From Longimicrobiales bacterium (GTDB lineage Bacteria > Gemmatimonadota > Gemmatimonadetes > Longimicrobiales > RSA9): a stretch of 64,000 nt of DNA. The notes beneath the pieces are model-generated. The model had not been told where the DNA came from and did not search any database. It saw only the letters and a program-made list of their open reading frames with translations. Every line of letters begins with the position of its first letter. Position 1 is the stretch's first letter. The stretch lies in assembly GCA_046483065.1 (NCBI GenBank), contig JAWODW010000053.1, forward strand, positions 75,408 through 139,407, in the 5' to 3' direction. The position numbers and the translations under genes are program-made. Below, piece by piece: positions 30,294 through 38,290 of the stretch.

Positions 30294-31769
30294 ATGGCGA
30301 AGCCCAAGACACTCGGAGAGCTGAAGGAGTCCGGGTACCGGACCCGGACGGTGAAGGACGAGATGCGCGCGAACCTGCTCCGGAAGCTGGACGCGGGGGA
30401 GCCGCTGTTCCCGGGGGTCCTCGGCTACGAGGACACCGTGGAGCCCCGGATCGTGAACGCCATCCTGGCCAGGCAGAACTTCATCCTGCTGGGGCTGCGG
30501 GGCCAGGCCAAGAGCCGGATCGTGCGCCAGCTGGCGGGGCTGCTGGATGCCGAGCTGCCGATCATCGCCGGCTCCGAGGTCAACGACGACCCGCTGCGCC
30601 CCGTCTCCAAATACGGCCGTTTGACGGTGGAGGAGCAGGGCGATGCCACGCCCATCGAGTGGGTGAGCCGCGACGCCCGCTACATCGAGAAGCTGGCCAC
30701 GCCCGACGTGACCATCGCCGACATCATCGGCGACCTCGACCCGATCCGCGCGGCCCGTGGCGGCCACGTCCTGGCCGACGAGCTGACCATCCATTTCGGG
30801 CTCCTGCCCCGGGCGAACCGCGGCATCTTCGCCGTGAACGAGCTGCCGGACCTGGCGGGCCGGATCCAGGTGGGGCTCTTCAACATCATGCAGGAGGGCG
30901 ATGTCCAGATCAAAGGCTACCCCGTGCGCCTTCCGCTGGACGTGCTCCTGGTCTTCACGGCCAACCCCGAGGACTACACGGCCCGGGGCAAGATCATCAC
31001 GCCGCTGAAGGACCGGATCGGCGCCGAGGTCATGACCCACTACCCGGAGGAGGTCGAGGCCGGGATGAAGATCACCCGGCAGGAGGCGTGGCTCGATCGG
31101 GGCGGCAAGCCCGTGGAGGTGCCCGGCTTCGTGGCCGAGCTCGTCGAGCGGGTGGCGTTCCTGGCCCGGCAGGACAAGCGGATCGACCAGCGCAGCGGCG
31201 TGAGCCAGCGGATGCCGATCACGGTGCTCGAGAACGCCGTCAGCAACGCCGAGCGCCGGGCCGTGCTCCTGGGCGATGACGCCGTGGTGCCCCGGGTCAG
31301 CGATGTCCACGCGGCGCTCCCGGCCATCACGGGCAAGATGGAGCTGGAGTACGAGGGCGAGCTCCAGGGCGCACCGAAGATCGCCCGGGAGCTGGTCTCG
31401 CGGGCCGCGCTGGAAACCTTCGAGAGCCGGCGCCGGCTGCCGGTGGACGACGACCTCGACGAGATCGTCGACTACTTCGACCGGGGCGGCGTGCTCCAGC
31501 TGGCCGAGACCGCGAAGGACGACGCGCTCCTCGACGGACTCTCCGCCGTCCCGTCGCTCACGGACGTGGTCGACGCGCTGGCCGTTGATGACAACGGCGG
31601 CTCCGCCGGTGCCCGGGCCGCCGCCGGCGAGCTGGTCCTGGAGGCGCTGGTGGCCAAAAAGCGCATCAGCCGGAACGACGCCGGCCGCTACGCCCGGGGG
31701 AAGCAACGCAGGCAGGGGCCGGGCGGAGCGGGGTCGGGGCCCCAGTTTCCGGGGACGCTGGAGATTTAG
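30294..31769 (+). CDS. AAA+ ATPase, MoxR / Mg-chelatase-subunit-I-like
   Basis: 491 aa from the ATG at 30294 (MAKPKTLGELKESGYR). Degenerate Walker A LGLRGQAKS, Walker B IFAVNELPD, then TANPEDYTARGKIITPLKDR. The family assignment is from memory. Confidence 0.75.
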   Translation: MAKPKTLGELKESGYRTRTVKDEMRANLLRKLDAGEPLFPGVLGYEDTVEPRIVNAILARQNFILLGLRGQAKSRIVRQLAGLLDAELPIIAGSEVNDDPLRPVSKYGRLTVEEQGDATPIEWVSRDARYIEKLATPDVTIADIIGDLDPIRAARGGHVLADELTIHFGLLPRANRGIFAVNELPDLAGRIQVGLFNIMQEGDVQIKGYPVRLPLDVLLVFTANPEDYTARGKIITPLKDRIGAEVMTHYPEEVEAGMKITRQEAWLDRGGKPVEVPGFVAELVERVAFLARQDKRIDQRSGVSQRMPITVLENAVSNAERRAVLLGDDAVVPRVSDVHAALPAITGKMELEYEGELQGAPKIARELVSRAALETFESRRRLPVDDDLDEIVDYFDRGGVLQLAETAKDDALLDGLSAVPSLTDVVDALAVDDNGGSAGARAAAGELVLEALVAKKRISRNDAGRYARGKQRRQGPGGAGSGPQFPGTLEI

Positions 31770-31840
31770 GGGTCGGGGTCGGGGTCGGACTCGGGGTCGG
31801 GTCGGGCACGGGCAGGGGCACGGGCACGGGCACGGGGGGC
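31768..31840. repeat. G-run hexanucleotide microsatellite (GGGGTC)n(GGGCAC)n filling a convergent intergenic spacer
   Basis: aggggtcggggtcggggtcggactcggggtcgggtcgggcacgggcaggggcacgggcacgggcacgggggg. Eleven runs of three or more G on the plus strand, between the stops at 31769 (+) and 31842 (-). Confidence 0.9.
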
Positions 31841-31841
31841 T

Positions 31842-32798
31842 CTAACCCAGGATCCGGCGCCGGAACTCCTCGAAGCCTTCCACGTGCGTCAGTTGGCTGT
31901 CCACGATGGCCGCCAGCTCCTCGGCCTCCCGCCACTCGGCTTCGAGCAGCTCGGCCTCGCTCTGCTCGTCGAGCGCCATCCCCAGCGCCAGACGGTCGGG
32001 CGCCGCCAGCTCGCCCAGCGCGAGATCCTCCCGGGCCAGCGAGACGACGAGGCCCTCCGGCCCCTCCGCGCTGTCCACGGCACGGGCCGCACCCTCCACC
32101 AGCGACCGGGCCCGGAACCGACGGTTCACGATGGAGAGCCCGAGGCGGAGGGCGCCCCGGGCCGCCGCGAGGGGGACCGCCACCTGCTCGCCGCACACGC
32201 CGCACGCGGCGATGACCGCCGGGCCGTCGGCATCGGTCAGCCGCACGCCCTGGAACGACCACGGCGCCAGCGCCAGCGGGCCGCCGCACGCGGGGCACGC
32301 GTCCGCCAGCGGGACGTGGAGGAACGCGGCCGTGAGCGTCGGTGCGTCCTCCAGGAACGGGGAGGCGAACCAGCGCTCCTGCTGCGAGTCGACCCCCGTC
32401 AGGAGCTGGCCGTACCCCGCGCCGTAGCCGAAGGGTGTGGTCGGCATCCCGAGGATCACCCGGCGCAGCCAGGCCAGGAGCCCGCCACGTACCGCGGCGG
32501 GGAGCAGGTCGCCGTATCGCCAGCCGGCCAGCTCCGGCCGGGGCGCGCGCCCCACCCGGATGAGCTGCTCTCGCCCCGTGTCCACCAGGTCGAGATGGTC
32601 GGTACGGAGCACCGTCCGGCCCGCGTCCCGGGCTCTCCGCTCCAGCGTCTCCAGCTGCTCCCACCGGTCCTCGAGGGGAACCACGTTCCAGCGGCGGCAG
32701 TGGGGGCAGACGCGCCAGAGGCGGCCCAGCCACGGGTCGTAGGCGGGCCGGGTGCGCTGGTCGAGCGGTCGGTCGCAGAAAAGGCAGTCGATGGCCAT
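31842..32798 (-). CDS. Double zinc-ribbon protein of unknown function (paralog 1)
   Basis: 318 aa. N-terminal CLFC...CPHC and central CPAC...CGVC cysteine pairs. Paralogous over its full length to 42498-43457 (shared GRLW.VCP.C.RW...P.E.RWE.LE.LER, VR.GRA, and a C-terminal acidic helix). Confidence 0.75.
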   Translation of the reverse strand: MAIDCLFCDRPLDQRTRPAYDPWLGRLWRVCPHCRRWNVVPLEDRWEQLETLERRARDAGRTVLRTDHLDLVDTGREQLIRVGRAPRPELAGWRYGDLLPAAVRGGLLAWLRRVILGMPTTPFGYGAGYGQLLTGVDSQQERWFASPFLEDAPTLTAAFLHVPLADACPACGGPLALAPWSFQGVRLTDADGPAVIAACGVCGEQVAVPLAAARGALRLGLSIVNRRFRARSLVEGAARAVDSAEGPEGLVVSLAREDLALGELAAPDRLALGMALDEQSEAELLEAEWREAEELAAIVDSQLTHVEGFEEFRRRILG

Positions 32799-32841
32799 GA
32801 ATTCAATCTATCACGGCATGGGCGGCATGCGGGGACGGCAT

Positions 32842-33017
32842 GCGGGGACGGTGTTCCATTCGCCAGTTGCCCTCGGCCCAAGGGCCCAGCTACCCGTAGC
32901 CTGGCCGAAAAGAACAATTCTGTTCCTACCATTTTACCGCTGACGACCACCGCCCGATTACGCGTTGGGTCATCAACTGGCAATTCAAACACCGTCCGCA
33001 GACGAAACACCGTCCGC
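32842..33017. promoter_or_regulatory. Candidate operator motifs in a divergent promoter region (GCGG(G)GACGGTGTT, three copies)
   Basis: gcggggacggtgtt at 32842-32855 on the plus strand. Its complement aaacaccgtccgc occurs twice, 18 bp apart, at 32987-32999 and 33005-33017. A GAACA-N4-TGTTC inverted repeat at 32912-32925 lies in between. Function is unproven. Confidence 0.3.
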
Positions 33018-33082
33018 GTCCGCGGGCGGCGCGTGGCAATCCCCGCCTTGCTCCCACTCGTCCGCCTCGGCAACTTCTTGAC

Positions 33083-33730
33083 ATGGGTAGCCGCACCGAT
33101 GCTCCCGTCTTGATCGGCGTAGCCGGTGGCAGCGGATCCGGGAAGACTACAGTGGTCCGACGGATCGTCGAGGCCATCGGGCACGGCGACGTGGTGGTCC
33201 TCCACCACGACTCGTATTACCGGGACGGATCACACCTCCCCATGGAGGAGCGGGTCAAGGTCAATTACGACCACCCGGACTCCCTGGAGACCGGGCTCCT
33301 GATCGAGCACCTGGAGGCGCTCCTCGACGGTCGGGCCATCGAGATGCCCGTCTACGACTTCTCCCGACACGTCCGCCGTTCCGAGACGCAGACGGTGGAG
33401 TCCCGACCGGTGATCATCCTCGACGGGATCCTCATCCTCTGGGACCGGCGGCTCCGGGAGCTCATGGACGTGAAGCTCTTCGTGGACGCCGATGCCGATG
33501 TACGCCTCGGCCGGCGCCTCCGCCGGGACATGGAGGAGCGCGACCGGTCGCCCGACGGCGTCCTCAGCCAGTACATGGCCACCGTCCGCCCCATGCACCT
33601 GGAGTTCGTGGAGCCGAGCAAGCGGTACGCCGACGTGATCCTCCCGCGGGGCGGCTTCAACGAGGTGGGCGTCGGGATGGTGATCAGCACCATCCGGTCG
33701 GCGCTGCAGGGGCGGTCGGTGTCGGTGTGA
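33083..33730 (+). CDS. udk: Uridine kinase
   Basis: P-loop IGVAGGSGSGKTT, HHDSYY, ILDGILIL and DADADVRLGRRLRRD, all typical of Udk. Confidence 0.9.
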   Translation: MGSRTDAPVLIGVAGGSGSGKTTVVRRIVEAIGHGDVVVLHHDSYYRDGSHLPMEERVKVNYDHPDSLETGLLIEHLEALLDGRAIEMPVYDFSRHVRRSETQTVESRPVIILDGILILWDRRLRELMDVKLFVDADADVRLGRRLRRDMEERDRSPDGVLSQYMATVRPMHLEFVEPSKRYADVILPRGGFNEVGVGMVISTIRSALQGRSVSV

Positions 33731-33824
33731 GGCCCGCTCCACCTGGCTTGCGGATTCCACGTCCTGCGCGCCGCTTCACGCCAAGGCGCGAAGCACAGCT
33801 TGAAGACGCGAAGACCGGCGATCT

Positions 33825-33992
33825 CACGCGAAGGCGCGAAGCCGCGAAGGGTCCTTGGGGATTACGCCGGGCGGCCGGACGTTCGCGACGAACCCGAAGC
33901 TCACCGGCTCACAACAAACTGAACGGATGCCTGAACTCGCCCCCACCCCGCGTTGCTCGATGCACCCTTCGCGACCTTCGCGCCTTCGCGTG
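33825..33992. repeat. TIR-bounded non-coding element (CACGCGAAG-word family), MITE/REP-like
   Basis: The left arm cacgcgaaggcgcgaagccgcgaaggg (33825-33851) matches the reverse complement of cccttcgcgaccttcgcgccttcgcgtg (33965-33992). Only one indel or mismatch lies after 17 identical nt. The internal modules are shared with the 10.0-kb repeat. Confidence 0.85.
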
Positions 33993-34158
33993 CACCGTAG
34001 TTGGCCGTTCTTCGCGGCTCCGCGGTTCTCGGCGTCTTGCCGTGTATCCGAGAGCAGCCGTGCCGCGAAGACATGATCGCGCCCCCAACGTCGACGCCCG
34101 TTGTCGCGTCCTATGAATGACGCCAACGCTCGAACCTGACGAAATCGGAGATCCAATC

Positions 34159-36891
34159 GTGAAATACCCACGCGCCGTCTTCTTCTCGATCCTGGCCCTG
34201 GCATCGGCGGTCGTGGCCGTGCCCGCCCCGGCTGCTGCCCAGGACGCTGATCAGAGCACCGACCCGGGCGTCCTGACCGACGAGGTCCTGGAGCCGTTCT
34301 CGTTCCGCCTCATCGGTCCGGCCAACCACTCGGGCCGGGTCACGGCCATCGCGGTGCCCGAGGGCACGAGCGGGAAGACGGCCTACGTCGGGTTCGCGGG
34401 AGGCGGCGTGTGGAAGACCACCGACCACGGCGTCTCCTGGCGTCCGATCTTCGACGATCAGCCGTTCAACGGGATCGGCGATGTGGCGGTATCGGCGTCG
34501 GACCCGGACGTGCTGTGGGTGGGGCTGGGCGAGCGGAACTCCCTGCGGTCCAACTCCTGGGGCAACGGCGTCTACAAGAGCACGAACGGCGGCGGGAGCT
34601 GGGAGCACATGGGGCTGGACGAGACCCGTGAGACGGGCCGGATCGTGGTCCACCCCGACGACCCGGACGTGGTCTGGGTCGCCGCCCTGGGCCACCTGTG
34701 GGGCGCGAACCCGGAGCGGGGCGTCTACAAGACCACCGATGGCGGCGACACGTGGGAGCAGGTCCTGTTCGTGAACGACACCACGGGCTTCGTGGACCTG
34801 AAGATGGACCCCCGTGACCCCGACGTCCTCTACGCCGCCGGCTGGCACCGGATCCGGTGGGGCGGCGGGAAGATGGAGGGCGCCGGTGCGGGGAGCGGGA
34901 TCTGGAAGACCGCGGATGGCGGGTCGAGCTGGACCCGTCTCGACGACCCGGAGGGCAGCCGCGGGCTGCCGGCGTCGGGGAAGATGGGCCGGATCGGGCT
35001 CGGCATCGCGCCCAGCCAGCCGGACCGGCTCTACGCGGTGATCCAGGACGCCAGCAGTGCGTACAGCCCCACCGTTTCCATCACCGGCGGCATCTACCGG
35101 AGCGATGACGCCGGTGAAAGCTGGCGCCAGGTCCATGACGTCTCGCCCCATCCGGACTACTTCTACAACGAGGTGTGGATCGACCCGAACGACGCCGACC
35201 GGGTCTACCTGGCCGGCACGTGGATGGCCCTCACCGAGGATGGCGGCACCACCTTCGAGACGGTCCGGCTGCGGGGCGTGCACGTGGACCACCACGCCCT
35301 CTGGATCGACCCGGCCGACAGCGACCACATGATCGTGGGCAACGACGGCGGGATCTACATCTCGTGGGACCGGGGCGGCAGCTGGCGGCACATCGCCATG
35401 CCCACGGGTCAGTACTACGAGGTCAGCGTGGACAGCACCAAGACCCCGTACTACGTCTGCGGCGGGACGCAGGACAACGGCACGTGGTGCGGCCCGAGCC
35501 GGACCCGGGAGCGCGCGGGGATCACCACCCACGACTGGTACAGCATCTACGGCGGTGACGGGTTCGTCAGCCACGTGAGCGTGGACAGCCCGCGGATCTT
35601 CTACGCCGAGTCGCAGTACGGGAACATCGGGAGACGGAACGCCGCCACCTGGGAGACCCGGCGTCTCCAGCCCCACTCGGAGGACGCCGGCTACCTGAGC
35701 GGCTACGAGTTCCGCTGGGACTGGAACACGCCGTTCATCATCAGCGAGCACGACCCGACCACCCTCTACCTGGGCGGCAACTACCTCTTCCGGCTCCACG
35801 ACCGGGGGAAGTCGTGGAGCACCCTCGGCCCCGACATGACCCGCGGGAACCGGTACGACCCGGCGCCCGACAGCGCCCACACCTCTTACCGGTCGCTCCA
35901 CTCGGTGGCCGAGTCCACCCTCACCGCCGACCGGCTGTGGACGGGATCCAACGACGGGCTGATCTGGACCAGCGAGGACGGCGGCGAGAGCTGGACCCGG
36001 GTCAACGACAACCTTCCGGACCAGGAGCCGCAGCACTGCTGGGTGGCGGAGATCGAGGCCAGCCACCACAGCGCCGAGCGGGCCTACGTGACCCACGACT
36101 GCCACCGCCGCGACGACTATCGGCCCTACGTCTACCGGACCGATGACGGCGGTGAGACGTGGACGAGCATCAGCGGCGACCTCCCGGAGGACGCCGGCAG
36201 CTGGGTCATCCGCGAGAGCTGGGTCGACCCGGACGTCCTCTTCGTGGGGAACGAGCGGGGCGTATACATGACCATCGACGGCGGGGAGCACTGGAACCGC
36301 CTGAAGAGCGGGCTGCCCACCGTGGGCGTACGGGACATGAACTTCGCCTACGCCGAGCAGGACCTGGTGGTGGGCACGTTCGGCCGGAGCATCTACGTGC
36401 TGGACATCAGCGCGCTCCAGACGCTCTCCGACTCGGTCCTGGCCGAGCCCGCACACCTATTCCCCGTGGAGGACGGCCGGATCTACAACCCGATCAGCAC
36501 CTACGCCTCCAACGGCGAGTTCTTCACGGCACCCAACCCGCCGTACGGCGTGACCATCACCTACTGGCTGTCGGAGGACCTGGGCCAGGAGGCCCGGCTG
36601 ACCGTCCGTCGTCTCGACGATGAGGCGGAGCCCGGCGCCGAAGGAGCCGGCAACGAGACCGTGGCCCGGCTCTCCGGGAGTGGTCGTCCCGGCATGCACC
36701 AGGTCACGTGGGACTACACCCTCTCCGAGCCCCGGCCACGGGAGCTGGGCGACCCGGAGAGCCGGAGCGAGCTCCAGGAGGCGGAGCCCGGACTCTACGA
36801 GATCCGGTGGACAGCGGGCGAGAAGACCATGACCCGCACGTTCCGGGTGGAGAAGGGCTGGGTGGAAGACGTACCCGGCCGGGTGAAGTAG
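34159..36891 (+). CDS. Secreted BNR/Asp-box repeat protein (VPS10/sortilin-like or glycoside-hydrolase-like double propeller)
   Basis: About ten Asp-box motifs (TTDHGVSW, STNGGGSW, TTDGGDTW, TADGGSSW, SDDAGESW, SWDRGGSW, SEDGGESW, TDDGGETW, TIDGGEHW). Signal peptide FFSILALASAVVAVPAPAAAQ. The start is probably the GTG at 34159, preceded by ggaga; the ATG at 34117 is the alternative. Confidence 0.85.
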   Translation: MKYPRAVFFSILALASAVVAVPAPAAAQDADQSTDPGVLTDEVLEPFSFRLIGPANHSGRVTAIAVPEGTSGKTAYVGFAGGGVWKTTDHGVSWRPIFDDQPFNGIGDVAVSASDPDVLWVGLGERNSLRSNSWGNGVYKSTNGGGSWEHMGLDETRETGRIVVHPDDPDVVWVAALGHLWGANPERGVYKTTDGGDTWEQVLFVNDTTGFVDLKMDPRDPDVLYAAGWHRIRWGGGKMEGAGAGSGIWKTADGGSSWTRLDDPEGSRGLPASGKMGRIGLGIAPSQPDRLYAVIQDASSAYSPTVSITGGIYRSDDAGESWRQVHDVSPHPDYFYNEVWIDPNDADRVYLAGTWMALTEDGGTTFETVRLRGVHVDHHALWIDPADSDHMIVGNDGGIYISWDRGGSWRHIAMPTGQYYEVSVDSTKTPYYVCGGTQDNGTWCGPSRTRERAGITTHDWYSIYGGDGFVSHVSVDSPRIFYAESQYGNIGRRNAATWETRRLQPHSEDAGYLSGYEFRWDWNTPFIISEHDPTTLYLGGNYLFRLHDRGKSWSTLGPDMTRGNRYDPAPDSAHTSYRSLHSVAESTLTADRLWTGSNDGLIWTSEDGGESWTRVNDNLPDQEPQHCWVAEIEASHHSAERAYVTHDCHRRDDYRPYVYRTDDGGETWTSISGDLPEDAGSWVIRESWVDPDVLFVGNERGVYMTIDGGEHWNRLKSGLPTVGVRDMNFAYAEQDLVVGTFGRSIYVLDISALQTLSDSVLAEPAHLFPVEDGRIYNPISTYASNGEFFTAPNPPYGVTITYWLSEDLGQEARLTVRRLDDEAEPGAEGAGNETVARLSGSGRPGMHQVTWDYTLSEPRPRELGDPESRSELQEAEPGLYEIRWTAGEKTMTRTFRVEKGWVEDVPGRVK

Positions 36892-37102
36892 CATGAGACG
36901 GATGCGGAGGATCGACCTGGCCGTGGGGCTCGAGCTCGGCTTCACCAGCGGCCTGACGCTCCACATCTACTTCTGAGCCCGGGTCGCCCCGCCCGGCACG
37001 GTCCCCGCGGCCCCCGGTCCCTTCCATCGGCCCGGGGCCACGTACTACCTTCATCCCTGTACGAAGCCCGGCAGGACCCTACCCGTTCCCCAGGAGGAAC
37101 TC

Positions 37103-37738
37103 ATGCGACGTACCCTCGCCCTCTTCGCGGCGGTGGCAGCGCTCATCGCCGCGCCCGACCTCGACGCCCAGGAGCTGCCCGATGGCTGGGCCATGCGGTT
37201 CGACCGGCCGAGCGCCGGTGCCGACATGGTGGACTTCCGGGTCATGGAGCCCGGCTGGCACGTGACCACCGGCCGCGCCGGTGCGGCCATCTTCTGGCAG
37301 CCCGGGATGACGGCCGAGGGCGACTATCGCTTCTCCACGGCCATGCACCTCTTCGACCCCGCCTCCCACGCCGAGGCCTTCGGGCTCTTCGTCGCCGGTG
37401 ACGACCTCGAAAGCGCGAACCAGGAATACCTGTACTTCCTGGTCCGGCAGACCGGCGAGTACCTGATCAAGCGTCGGGTTGGGTCGGAGACGGAGGACGT
37501 GGTGGGTTGGACCGCCCACGCCGCCATCCCCGAGATGGCGCCCGGTGCCGAAGAATCGACGGAGTACGATCTCGCCGTGGAGGTCGACGGGGCCGAGGCG
37601 CGGTTCCTGGTGAACGGCGCCGTGGTCCATACCCTGTCCACCGACGCGGTGGACGCCGGCGGCCAGGTCGGGATCCGGGTGAACCACATGCTCGACCTCC
37701 ATATCGAGCAGCTGGAATTGACGCGCTCCGGTATGTAG
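37103..37738 (+). CDS. Secreted hypothetical protein, DUF1080-like (jelly-roll) domain
   Basis: RBS aggagg. Signal peptide MRRTLALFAAVAALIAAPDLDAQ. The segment W......G.......F..........Y.F......HAEAFGLFV resembles the 3-keto-disaccharide-hydrolase/DUF1080 fold. The family call is tentative. Confidence 0.65.
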   Translation: MRRTLALFAAVAALIAAPDLDAQELPDGWAMRFDRPSAGADMVDFRVMEPGWHVTTGRAGAAIFWQPGMTAEGDYRFSTAMHLFDPASHAEAFGLFVAGDDLESANQEYLYFLVRQTGEYLIKRRVGSETEDVVGWTAHAAIPEMAPGAEESTEYDLAVEVDGAEARFLVNGAVVHTLSTDAVDAGGQVGIRVNHMLDLHIEQLELTRSGM

Positions 37739-37752
37739 GGAGAAAGACGAGA

Positions 37753-37782
37753 CCCCCGCCGAGGATCGCTCCTCGACGGGGG
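37753..37782. terminator. GC hairpin between convergent genes
   Basis: cccccg-c-cgagga-tcgc-tcctcg-a-cggggg gives a 12-bp interrupted stem. It lies between the stops at 37738 (+) and 37847 (-). A T-rich run (tctcgtctttct) follows only on the minus-strand side. Confidence 0.5.
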
Positions 37783-37846
37783 CCCATCCCCCCTGCCAAA
37801 GGTCGGGTACGGCGGCGGCTGCCGCCCGCACCCGTCGTACGAGTGG

Positions 37847-38290
37847 TCAGCTCACGTCACGGCCACCCGACGTGATCTCGATCTTCCGGCCCTTGGCTTC
37901 CTCGGCCTTCGGGATCGATACCGTCAGGATCCCGTCCTCGTAGTTCGCGGTGATGTTGTTCGGGTCCACCGCACGGGGCAGCGTGAACTTGCGGGTGAAG
38001 GAGCCCCAGCGCCGCTCGTAGAGCAGGCCCTGCGTGTTCTCGTCCTTCTGCTCCTCCTTCTTCTCGCCCTGGATCGTGAGGACGCCGTCCTCCAGCTCGA
38101 TGTCGATGTCCTCGTGCTTCATCCCCGGCAGCTCCGCCGTCAGCACCAACGCGTCCGGCGTCTCTTCCACGTCCACCGGCGGGCTCCACAGGTCGCTCGA
38201 GCCGCCGAAGACGCTGTCCAGCTCACGCGCAAGACGGTTCATCTCGGTCAATGGCGACCGCGACCGCGTTGCAACAGGCATCCGTACCAT
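37847..38290 (-). CDS. Hsp20 / alpha-crystallin family small heat-shock protein
   Basis: Alpha-crystallin domain PPVDVEETPDALVLTAELPGMKHEDIDIELEDGVLTIQGEKK...FTLPRAVD...YEDGILTVSIPK. I prefer the start at the ATG at 38290, preceded by ggaggg; the ATG at 38302 is the alternative. Confidence 0.9.
   Translation of the reverse strand: MVRMPVATRSRSPLTEMNRLARELDSVFGGSSDLWSPPVDVEETPDALVLTAELPGMKHEDIDIELEDGVLTIQGEKKEEQKDENTQGLLYERRWGSFTRKFTLPRAVDPNNITANYEDGILTVSIPKAEEAKGRKIEITSGGRDVS

Noticed and set aside
31276-31845. ORFs reading through the G-run microsatellite (Gly-Arg and Gly-His repeats).
   Set aside because: They are out of frame with the ATPase gene that occupies the region. The repeat-encoded tail is just the translation of the (GGGGTC)n(GGGCAC)n tract.
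33727-34116. 129-aa ORF through the 33.8-kb element, plus similar ORFs through the 51.8-kb and 57.0-kb elements (51524-51814, 51605-52147, 56806-57465).
   Set aside because: Their sequences are dictated by the CGCGAAG/CTTCGCG repeat words (runs of Arg-Arg-Glu-Ala-Lys and the like). ORFs in both orientations are equally open, and there are no start-site signals.
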